The translations under genes were made by a program, and so were the position numbers. This document shows, piece after piece, positions 1 to 5,846 of a stretch of 6,005 bases of DNA. The notes beneath the pieces were generated by a model that worked only from the letters and a program-made list of their open reading frames with translations, was not told the origin of the DNA and made no database searches. The DNA comes from a virus: the IMG/VR virus record IMGVR_UViG_3300020030_000020, positions 1-6,005 of that record; one strand, given 5' to 3'. Within the stretch, counting starts at the first letter, position 1. Each line of letters starts with the position of its first letter.

Positions 1-88
1 GGTCACTACTCTAGTGCCCTTTCCCTTCTTCTTTCGACGCGCTTTCATTGTGAGTCAAATCAGTGCTAAACATAAGAACAAGTGTATT
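1..88. repeat. Terminal direct repeat, copy 1 (circular-genome overlap)
   Basis: Bases 1-88 (ggtcactactctagtgccc...aagtgtatt) are identical base for base to 5918-6005. The window ends inside the repeat. This gives a unit length of 5917 nt, which is in the Microviridae size range. Confidence 0.95.
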
Positions 89-334
89 ATCGAAGAAATC
101 AATCGAAAAATCAGGATACGCGATCAGGGCCTCTATAAGGCTAGGAATACGACAATGACTGATATAGGGCGAAGCAGAGATACTAGAATACTCTACAAAA
201 TCAGAAATAGGAGTATGATCAAGAGCATTAAAAGGTAGTGTCGAAAACTGACCATCTTTAATACAACCTACCTGAAGAAAATCAACCTTAAGTGCAGGAT
301 TAATGCGACGGACAACAATATGAATCTGTGTCAT
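11..334 (-). CDS. Hypothetical protein ORF107 (acidic, no recognisable motif); last gene before the terminator
   Basis: This is a 107-aa ORF with its ATG at 332-334. Its start context (gtattattATG) is nearly the same as that of the lipoprotein gene (tttattattATG). It begins 23 nt after the ORF101 stop and does not overlap other main-frame genes. Its 3' end lies in the terminal repeat, so it is partly duplicated at 5928-6005. Confidence 0.6.
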   Translation of the reverse strand: MTQIHIVVRRINPALKVDFLQVGCIKDGQFSTLPFNALDHTPISDFVEYSSISASPYISHCRIPSLIEALIAYPDFSIDFFDNTLVLMFSTDLTHNESASKEEGKGH

Positions 335-357
335 AATAATACAATTTAACGTTTCAT

Positions 358-663
358 TTAGAGATTATTGTAAAAACACTTCCAAGCGTCAGACTGCTTG
401 ATCCAGAATTCGTAACCCTCAGGAGTTGAAGGAAACAGAAAAGCAGAGGAGATGAGGGACTCGGGGCCAAGGCTAGGCGTGCGATAAACATATCGGATGT
501 GATCACGCAAGCAGTCTCGAAAGGTCTTCCCAGCCGTAGGGATGCGGTCATAGTTCGTCCTATAGGCGGAAAATATTCCGCGACGGACGAGCCACTCAAC
601 GAATGCATACTCTATAACATCGAGTACTAAATTGTCAACTTTGGAATTTTTGTTCTTTTTCAT
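358..663 (-). CDS. Hypothetical basic protein ORF101
   Basis: This is a 101-aa ORF with its ATG at 661-663, about 27 nt downstream of a consensus Bacteroides-type -7 box. It has a Lys-rich N-terminus (MKKNKNSK) and an aromatic C-terminal segment (STPEGYEFWIKQSDAW). The composition looks protein-like, unlike the overlapping +1-frame ORF at 354-608. Confidence 0.6.
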   Translation of the reverse strand: MKKNKNSKVDNLVLDVIEYAFVEWLVRRGIFSAYRTNYDRIPTAGKTFRDCLRDHIRYVYRTPSLGPESLISSAFLFPSTPEGYEFWIKQSDAWKCFYNNL

Positions 664-689
664 AACAATACGGTTATTGGTTTACGAGG

Positions 690-720
690 CAAATATAACA
701 ACAAAAACTTAAAATGCAAA
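690..720 (-). promoter_or_regulatory. Candidate Bacteroidota sigma-AB type promoter (-33 TTTG / -7 TAnnTTTG)
   Basis: The minus strand from 720 down to 690 reads TTTG-cattttaagtttttgttgt-TATATTTG. That is TTTG, a 19-nt spacer, then TAnnTTTG. It lies in the 73-nt gap between the VP2 stop (737) and the ORF101 ATG (663). Confidence 0.45.
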
Positions 721-736
721 AAAAAAACCAACAATT

Positions 737-2110
737 TTAGCGAGAGTGTCGAGTAGTATTGTACGAACTAGAATGAGTACCACGAGTCATCTCCGTTTTC
801 GCATAACCAACAAGATTTCCTCTCGAGTCGTAACGAGTCGTGAGTGAAGAGCCGGCAGAATCACTGGTAGAACCGCCGGCAGAGATAGTCCTAGACGCAC
901 GGGACATGCCTCCACGGATGATGCCTGCACCGGTAATACTAGCGGCCGCGCCAACCAAGGCTTTAGAAATTTCAACATACGGATCAAGTTTTGCATTACG
1001 AAGGGCAATGCGAGCCTGTTCAGGGAGAAACTCAGAAGCATTCGCCTGATTTATAGCGGTCTTATCGTAAAAGTCCTTAAGAGACATAGAAACCTTAAAG
1101 GTTTTGGGACCAGGATTACCACGAGTAATAGGGTTGGAACTGCGAAGATTCCTTTCGTACTGAGGATTCGGAATTTCAACATCAAAACGCTTATCCCAGC
1201 TACGCGCAAACTCATTAGCAAGATCGAGATTATTAATGCGCTGTCCTGCCTCATTAGCGGAAGCAAGGCCAGAAAGAGCCGAGTTGAGAGTACTCTGTGT
1301 TTCAAGAACCAAAACCCGAGCCTTAACCAGGCGGTCGATGTACGTACCCTCAATACGAAGCTGCCTTAATTCTTCTTTGGCCGTATCAGCAAGTGCTTTA
1401 GATTCTTCAACACGGGCATCCATCGTAAGGGAGAGCAAAGTGCCATTAAGATCATTCAAAAGACGCTCGGACTTAAGGGCGGCAGCGGCCTCGATTTCCT
1501 TGTTAGCCAACGCTTCATCAACAGCCTTAGAGGCTTCAATACGAGCCCTATTAAACTCAGGTTCAAAGGTATTACTACGAATATTTGCAGCCTCGGCATC
1601 ATCACGAGCGGCGGCAGCCTTATTGCGCTCGATGGTTGAATTGACGCCCATGGCTTCAAGGGCGGTTCCAGCGGCGGCGGAACCAACACCAGGAGGCAGA
1701 GGACTAGAAAAATCAAAAGACCCGCCAGAAGGGCCAGAAGCGCCTACAGAACCAGCAGAGCCGCCAGACATAGTAGCATTGACGCCAACGCCCGAAGAGC
1801 CAAGGACGGCGGCGGGTGTAACGCCGGCCTTAAGATAACGATCGAAGACCTTAGAGGGATCATTGTAGGCGTTTTCGTAATCAAACTGTTTCTGCCAATT
1901 AGCGTAATTAATCTCGCCTTGTTTCTGCATCTGTTCAAGAGCATACTGCTGCTGAAGCTTCATTTGCTTCTGCTGATATTTCCACTGCCTCTTAAGGGAT
2001 GGCTTAAAAAGGCCAGAGGCAACCTGACCGCCAGCGGAAATGCCTGCAGCACCGAGTATAGCACCTGTGGAAACAGGCTCAATGTAGGACTTAAAATCGA
2101 TGAGTCTCAT
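737..2110 (-). CDS. VP2: Minor capsid / DNA pilot-like protein (VP2; phiX174 H analogue)
   Basis: This is a 457-aa ORF. It has an N-terminal Gly-zipper-like hydrophobic segment, TGAILGAAGISAGGQVASGLF (2006-2068). A Gly/Ser/Ala low-complexity stretch follows (1661-1804). Next comes a long Ala/Glu/Leu/Arg-rich region that looks helical (about 1211-1633), then a second Gly/Ser-rich tail. The architecture and position match microvirus pilot proteins. The call rests on composition and synteny, not on a conserved motif. Confidence 0.65.
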   Translation of the reverse strand: MRLIDFKSYIEPVSTGAILGAAGISAGGQVASGLFKPSLKRQWKYQQKQMKLQQQYALEQMQKQGEINYANWQKQFDYENAYNDPSKVFDRYLKAGVTPAAVLGSSGVGVNATMSGGSAGSVGASGPSGGSFDFSSPLPPGVGSAAAGTALEAMGVNSTIERNKAAAARDDAEAANIRSNTFEPEFNRARIEASKAVDEALANKEIEAAAALKSERLLNDLNGTLLSLTMDARVEESKALADTAKEELRQLRIEGTYIDRLVKARVLVLETQSTLNSALSGLASANEAGQRINNLDLANEFARSWDKRFDVEIPNPQYERNLRSSNPITRGNPGPKTFKVSMSLKDFYDKTAINQANASEFLPEQARIALRNAKLDPYVEISKALVGAAASITGAGIIRGGMSRASRTISAGGSTSDSAGSSLTTRYDSRGNLVGYAKTEMTRGTHSSSYNTTRHSR

Positions 2111-2111
2111 A

Positions 2112-2303
2112 TTACGGAAGAGTAAAATTATTCGAACGAATAATATAATCTACACGGACAGTATCAATATGAACGCCCGTCCGAGCAACCTTGGCCTGGG
2201 CAGAACACGAAGCGAGGAAAAAAGTCGCAAGAGCGGCAATGACGGACGAAACAAGCGTCCAAAAGGCTTTCGACTTGTAAAACGGCTGTTTAGTATCAGA
2301 CAT
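2112..2303 (-). CDS. Small predicted lipoprotein (63-aa precursor, about 31-aa mature peptide)
   Basis: I start this gene at the internal ATG (2301-2303) of the 100-aa track ORF. The product is MSDTKQPFYKSKAFW-TLVSSVIAALATFF-LASC-SAQAKV... It has a Lys-rich n-region, a hydrophobic h-region and the lipobox L-A-S-C. I verified the lipobox codons ctc gct tcg tgt at 2205-2216. The stop TAA (2112-2114) is 1 nt from the VP2 ATG. The start context is tttattattATG. Confidence 0.55.
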   Translation of the reverse strand: MSDTKQPFYKSKAFWTLVSSVIAALATFFLASCSAQAKVARTGVHIDTVRVDYIIRSNNFTLP

Positions 2304-2328
2304 AATAATAAAATTTAAAGAACGATAG

Positions 2329-2406
2329 AAAAATGCGCGGCCTCTCCTGCAGTCGTTACCAATAACCTTCAGCGATTCACGAACTCTCGCAGAAGGGGTC
2401 CGCGCA
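2329..2406 (-). other. Extended imperfect hairpin followed by T5 on the minus strand (candidate complementary-strand origin, attenuator or terminator)
   Basis: tgcgcgg (2334-2340) pairs perfectly with ccgcgca (2400-2406). Directly stacked on this, after a 1-nt bulge at 2399, cctctcctgc (2341-2350) pairs with gcagaagggg (2389-2398): 8 Watson-Crick pairs, 1 wobble and 1 mismatch. Then agtcg (2351-2355) pairs with cgaact (2380-2385), with one bulge. The apical loop is about 24 nt. An A5 run at 2329-2333 gives T5 right after the stem on the minus strand. The element sits in the largest non-coding gap (2304-2436). Confidence 0.6.
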
Positions 2407-2436
2407 CGTAACATATATCGTCTAGTAAAGAGAATA

Positions 2437-2733
2437 CTATTTTTCTTCAGTCTTAGGGGGGTTCGAAGCGGGCTTCGATCTATCTATCTCCGAATCAATA
2501 AGTTCCTGACCGACTTCGAGACCATCGAACTTGTCCATACGAGAGAATGAATTAGGGTCGAAGTCGATATCAGGGTTGAATTTCTCCCCCTTCTCAAAAT
2601 CAGAAGGTTCAAGTGCCACATCAGGACGACCAGGGAGAACATCGACAGTGCCAGAACCGTCAAGAACAGAAAGGATGCGTTGACCACGAGAAACATAAGC
2701 AGGAACATCTTCGAGAAGCCATTCAAGTGCCAT
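2437..2733 (-). CDS. Acidic 98-aa protein, possible internal scaffolding protein (VP3-like)
   Basis: The ORF starts 12 nt after the VP1 stop. I count about 22 Asp/Glu against 11 Lys/Arg. I recognise no motif. The scaffold assignment is by position, size and charge only. Confidence 0.4.
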   Translation of the reverse strand: MALEWLLEDVPAYVSRGQRILSVLDGSGTVDVLPGRPDVALEPSDFEKGEKFNPDIDFDPNSFSRMDKFDGLEVGQELIDSEIDRSKPASNPPKTEEK

Positions 2734-2745
2734 AAAATTAATGAA

Positions 2746-4545
2746 TTAGCGATTAGACAAACGAGTTGCAAACGTTTTATTAACAAGGTTCTTCTTCTGG
2801 ACAGCATAAGACATATTCACGAAGAAATTATCCTCAACGTTCGACTGAAAAGGAGAATTAACTTGAGCCAAATCAACGAAAAGAAGAGGGTAATAGCTAG
2901 CCTCAGGAAGAGAACCAGTTCCACTATAAGTATGAACAGTACGCTGCTGAACCCAATAAGAGTAGAGGGGGGCTACAGACCCACCTTCAGATTCCGGCAT
3001 ACTATAAGCCTGGAGCTGACCTAACACCTCATCATAAGAAGAACGGAACTCATTAAAACAAGGTTCGGTAGCAAATGAAGCCCCAGGATTGCCGTTAAAA
3101 GCGAGACGAAAAGAAGGAACATCTTGATATCCAATATCGTTATAAATGGGGTTAAAGTAATCAGAACCCATATAGTTGAGATAGTCCGGTTTAATAAAGG
3201 ACCAGTAATAAACAGGACGAATGCTCAACATATCAATCATATAACCAGGCTCACGAAAGTAATAAGACTGGCGACGGCCTAAACGATCATTGAAAGCAAT
3301 AGAGCCACCTTGCTGTCCAAGGGGTTGATTGCCAGAAAAATTATTATCCCCGGCTTGATTCATAACAATCTGCACATTAACAGTCTGCGAGGCACTGAAA
3401 AGAAGTTTTGGACGATCAACATGCTCAATTTTGGAAGCAAAGAACGTTTCCAACCAATCACTATAACGATTGCCTCCAGCACCAAGCAAGTCCTTGTATT
3501 CCTGAAGGCGGGAAGCAATGGCCAACTGAGGAATAGTAGTAACGCCCGTCATAGATACAGCCGAATTAGAGCCAGTGGGAATAAGACGACTAAAACGATC
3601 GGGATTCGACGGACATACAGCCATAGGATGCGCAGTAACGAAATAGGCAGCAGAACAATTGCCCGTAGAAGTAGTGGTAGGTAAAGTCTGGGAGAGAATA
3701 CCGGTTGAACCCCAAAGCGTAGAGGATGGATAAACCGAAGAAATGGGGAAACCATTACCGGAAGCAGCAGAACTATCCAGGTCAGAAGAAATTATCTGAG
3801 AGAACAAGTTACCACGATTAAAAGTATTATTCGAAGAAGTTACAGCCGACGGATAAAACTGACTCTCAAAATAAGAATCAAGATACTCGAGACTCCCGAA
3901 ACACTGCGTAAAAAAGCGAGAATTTCCAGAATTATCGGGATCGAGAGAATAAGTAGAACCAGCACGAATAACTTTGTTAGCCATGGGCCAAGCGAAAGAG
4001 TAAAGTCCCCACTGCGAATAACCATAGTAGTTACGGACGATGTCCCAATAAGCTAAATACGTGTCGGCGTTACTCCAACGATCCATAGAAGAATTAGCAG
4101 GAAGCATCACGGAGCTAGGAACAGAGGATATACCAGTAGTGTATTTATTAGCGATGCGCAACCAAGACATCAACGAATTAGTATAAGCCGCACCGAAGAA
4201 ATCACCATTCAAACCACCCGTTTGAGGTTGACAGGAGGCAATCCAATTAAGGCTCAGATCGTTCATGTCAAACTTACTACTATTCGTCCGCAACTCAGGA
4301 TGGTACAACTGGAGTGGTACCCAGAAACGATGAAGCCGAACAGTGTAGGGGTTAAACGTCGGAACAGCAAGAGGATTGCTGCGAACGTCAATACCCTGCT
4401 CAATAGAAACGCGGTCACGGGCATTAATAAAATCGATGCGCACGGGATACAAAATACCCGGCGTGCATGTAAAAGCTTTACTCTCAGGAACATCATAGCG
4501 AGAGTAGCCATTTACAGCGTGTGAAATGAAAGGTTGTTTTCCCAT
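2746..4545 (-). CDS. VP1: Major capsid protein (Microviridae VP1 / F-like)
   Basis: At 599 aa this is the largest ORF. Its ATG is 3 nt after the VP4 stop. The N-terminal segment FTCTPGILYPV...VSIEQG...RSNPLAVPTFNPYTVRLHRFWVPLQLY follows the pattern I recall from gokushovirus and Chlamydia-phage VP1 N-termini (T-x-D-x-G-x-L-x-P ... P-x-x-x-x-x-L ... FFVPxRLxW). Confidence 0.9.
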   Translation of the reverse strand: MGKQPFISHAVNGYSRYDVPESKAFTCTPGILYPVRIDFINARDRVSIEQGIDVRSNPLAVPTFNPYTVRLHRFWVPLQLYHPELRTNSSKFDMNDLSLNWIASCQPQTGGLNGDFFGAAYTNSLMSWLRIANKYTTGISSVPSSVMLPANSSMDRWSNADTYLAYWDIVRNYYGYSQWGLYSFAWPMANKVIRAGSTYSLDPDNSGNSRFFTQCFGSLEYLDSYFESQFYPSAVTSSNNTFNRGNLFSQIISSDLDSSAASGNGFPISSVYPSSTLWGSTGILSQTLPTTTSTGNCSAAYFVTAHPMAVCPSNPDRFSRLIPTGSNSAVSMTGVTTIPQLAIASRLQEYKDLLGAGGNRYSDWLETFFASKIEHVDRPKLLFSASQTVNVQIVMNQAGDNNFSGNQPLGQQGGSIAFNDRLGRRQSYYFREPGYMIDMLSIRPVYYWSFIKPDYLNYMGSDYFNPIYNDIGYQDVPSFRLAFNGNPGASFATEPCFNEFRSSYDEVLGQLQAYSMPESEGGSVAPLYSYWVQQRTVHTYSGTGSLPEASYYPLLFVDLAQVNSPFQSNVEDNFFVNMSYAVQKKNLVNKTFATRLSNR

Positions 4546-4548
4546 AAA

Positions 4549-5619
4549 TTAAATAATTAGTTGAAGTTTATAATGATCTCTCCAAAATTGAAGAATATCC
4601 TCATCTAGCCAAGTAGGGGGGTCAAAATCGGGCATCCTCCGAGAAGACGCAGAAAAACGCATTATTTGCTTTTGTTCCCACGTATACGACGCTCTACTGG
4701 ATACGGCGGAATTGAGGGAGAACCGCTCAACGCACAAAGACACAATACGCTTAACCAGAGAAGACTTGCTAAAACGTGCATAAGCGTCAGCAGCAGCAAT
4801 CGAACGCATGACCTCGTCTTCCGATTTAAAATACTTAAAATAGTATCGAGGAATCGAGTAATTATAATTGATACGCCTCGAAAAATCGAAATAAGACCAC
4901 GACGCGACACAAGCAGAAGGGCGAGGCATATAACCAAGAAAATCACCAACGCCAGCAGATACGAATTTTCGCGTATAACGGCGATGTTGGAGGAGGACAG
5001 ATAAAGGCGTAAGATTTCCATTTACAGTAACGTATTTGTCCGAAATTTCTTCGGGATTAAACTGAATTTGTTTAGTAACATACTTAACACAATAACGAGC
5101 CCGCTTATGAGTGGCCTTCGCTAGCCATAAAAAACCGAGATCTCGAACGGCGGCGCGAATGGTGTTGTAAAGAACGTTTGTCCCAAACAAGAATCCATGA
5201 AAATGCAAGCGAGGTTCGTTTCCCGTTTCGGGATGAGTACCGAATTCTTGGAAAAAAGCATGTTTAAATGAATGGCCAAGTTTGTGCCGCAACCGCTCGT
5301 TGAAACGACGAATGAATCGAGAAGGATCAAGTAGAGCCTCATCATAATACTTCGGGGCAATTGTAATTGTAACAAAAATAGCCTGCTGACTATCAGCTTT
5401 ACAACGGGTTAGCTCGCGCTCTAAACGAATGAACCAGTCATTACGCTGACGACGCAAACAGTCTTCGCACCTTCCACATGGGACCATCAGCCATTGACGG
5501 GCAACATCCCAGGGACGAAGGGCGAGGGCAGACTTAGCGACATCAGAACCGTTACGACAAGGATTTTTCTTGTCAAAATAACGGCGATTTCGTATCCATA
5601 TGGGAGAAGAGCAGGGCAT
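4549..5619 (-). CDS. VP4: Rolling-circle replication initiation protein (Microviridae VP4 / phiX174 gpA-like, HUH superfamily)
   Basis: This is a 356-aa ORF. Motif 1 is FVTITI (5359-5376). The HUH motif is HFHGFLF (5185-5205; codons verified). The two-tyrosine motif is YCVKYVTK (5071-5094; codons verified), with Y-x3-Y spacing as in phiX174 gpA. The N-terminus has the Cys cluster VPCGRCEDCLRRQRNDW, typical of microvirus VP4. Confidence 0.93.
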   Translation of the reverse strand: MPCSSPIWIRNRRYFDKKNPCRNGSDVAKSALALRPWDVARQWLMVPCGRCEDCLRRQRNDWFIRLERELTRCKADSQQAIFVTITIAPKYYDEALLDPSRFIRRFNERLRHKLGHSFKHAFFQEFGTHPETGNEPRLHFHGFLFGTNVLYNTIRAAVRDLGFLWLAKATHKRARYCVKYVTKQIQFNPEEISDKYVTVNGNLTPLSVLLQHRRYTRKFVSAGVGDFLGYMPRPSACVASWSYFDFSRRINYNYSIPRYYFKYFKSEDEVMRSIAAADAYARFSKSSLVKRIVSLCVERFSLNSAVSSRASYTWEQKQIMRFSASSRRMPDFDPPTWLDEDILQFWRDHYKLQLII

Positions 5620-5819
5620 TAAAAAAAGCTTTTAAGGCAATCAAACTTAATATAAGGATTAGTACGACGACAACGAGTAAGATAGTCATTCGCAGGGCGT
5701 TCCTCGGCAAACCAAGCGATAGTAACTCGCTTTTTACCGCGGTATGCGCCGACAGAATAGCGATAAGAAACACTGTCAATAATAGGGGAGAATCTAGGCC
5801 TGAAATCGAAATTGTCCAT
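5619..5819 (-). CDS. Small basic protein ORF66, translationally coupled to VP4
   Basis: This is a 66-aa ORF with about 13 Lys/Arg against 7 Asp/Glu. It is the first ORF after the terminator and intergenic region, with start context ttaaattATG. Its stop overlaps the VP4 start as TAATG (5617-5621). Confidence 0.55.
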   Translation of the reverse strand: MDNFDFRPRFSPIIDSVSYRYSVGAYRGKKRVTIAWFAEERPANDYLTRCRRTNPYIKFDCLKSFF

Positions 5820-5846
5820 AATTTAAAAACATTACTCTACACTTTT

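Noticed and set aside
1-88. Reading the 88-nt repeat as att sites or terminal repeats of an integrated or linear element.
   Set aside because: The window begins and ends exactly within the repeat. There is no flanking non-phage sequence, the repeat falls inside a gene (the ORF107 3' end), and the unit length fits a circular microvirus. An assembly overlap of a circular molecule is the simplest reading, although read mapping is needed to prove it.
718-727. An A10 (minus-strand T10) homopolymer, considered as a slippage or phase-variation tract or a terminator T-run after VP2.
   Set aside because: It is non-coding, so it cannot cause a frameshift. No stable hairpin precedes it on the minus strand. 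Its 3' end supplies the TTTG of the candidate -33 box, which is a simpler explanation.
1564-1571. Additional TAnnTTTG (-7-like) octamers on the minus strand inside coding regions: 1564-1571, 4269-4276 and 5373-5380.
   Set aside because: None has a TTTG -33 box at 19-21 nt. All are deep inside VP2, VP1 or VP4. One to a few chance occurrences of a motif with 6 fixed bases are expected in about 6 kb of A/T-rich sequence.
1236-1838. A 200-aa plus-strand ORF, plus the other plus-strand ORFs: 14-238, 840-1049, 1919-2125, 2100-2318, 2680-3024, 3310-3684, 4222-4524 and 4666-5004.
   Set aside because: All are antisense shadows of well-supported minus-strand genes. The 200-aa ORF is Ala/Ser/Arg-rich, as expected when reading the complement of the Gly/Ala/Ser-rich VP2 region. 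Microviridae genomes are transcribed from one strand, and none of these ORFs has its own intergenic space or signals.
2304-2414. The N-terminal 37-codon extension of the lipoprotein ORF (the track ORF starts at 2414).
   Set aside because: The extension (MLRARTPSARVRESLKVIGNDCRRGRAFFYRSLNFII) is Arg-rich and runs straight through the GC-rich hairpin at 2334-2406. It would also bury the signal peptide internally. The ATG at 2301-2303 gives a canonical signal peptide and has the same A/T-rich start context as the other genes.
2397-2430. A possible XerCD dif-like site (ggtccgcgcacgtaa-catata-tcgtctagtaaag). Bacteroidales microvirus prophages are reported to integrate at dif.
   Set aside because: It shows only a loose resemblance to the E. 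coli dif layout (GCGCA..TAA arm plus a 6-nt AT-rich centre). The well-conserved XerD arm (TTATGTnAAnT) is absent. Part of the segment is already explained as the base of the hairpin. The site cannot be supported without a Bacteroidota dif model.
787-5375. Minus-strand ORFs nested in VP2, VP1, VP4, ORF101 and the acidic gene: 354-608, 787-1041, 1051-1353, 1456-1716, 1744-1944, 2484-2807, 3549-3755, 3840-4025, 4263-4511, 4662-5021 and 5121-5375. Many look like membrane proteins.
   Set aside because: Those I checked lie in the +1 frame of the host gene. There, T-rich third codon positions become second positions and automatically produce Leu/Ile/Val/Phe-rich peptides. Without comparative evidence of dual coding they are best treated as compositional artefacts. 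Only the 5573-5779 example is kept, as a low-confidence finding.
5820-5846. A search for the main promoter between the terminator and the ORF66 ATG (minus strand: aaaagtgtagagtaatgtttttaaattATG).
   Set aside because: No TTTG/TAnnTTTG or sigma70-like -35/-10 pair could be read with confidence. TAATGTTT is off-register from the consensus. The promoter for the ORF66-VP4-VP1 unit therefore stays unassigned rather than called.
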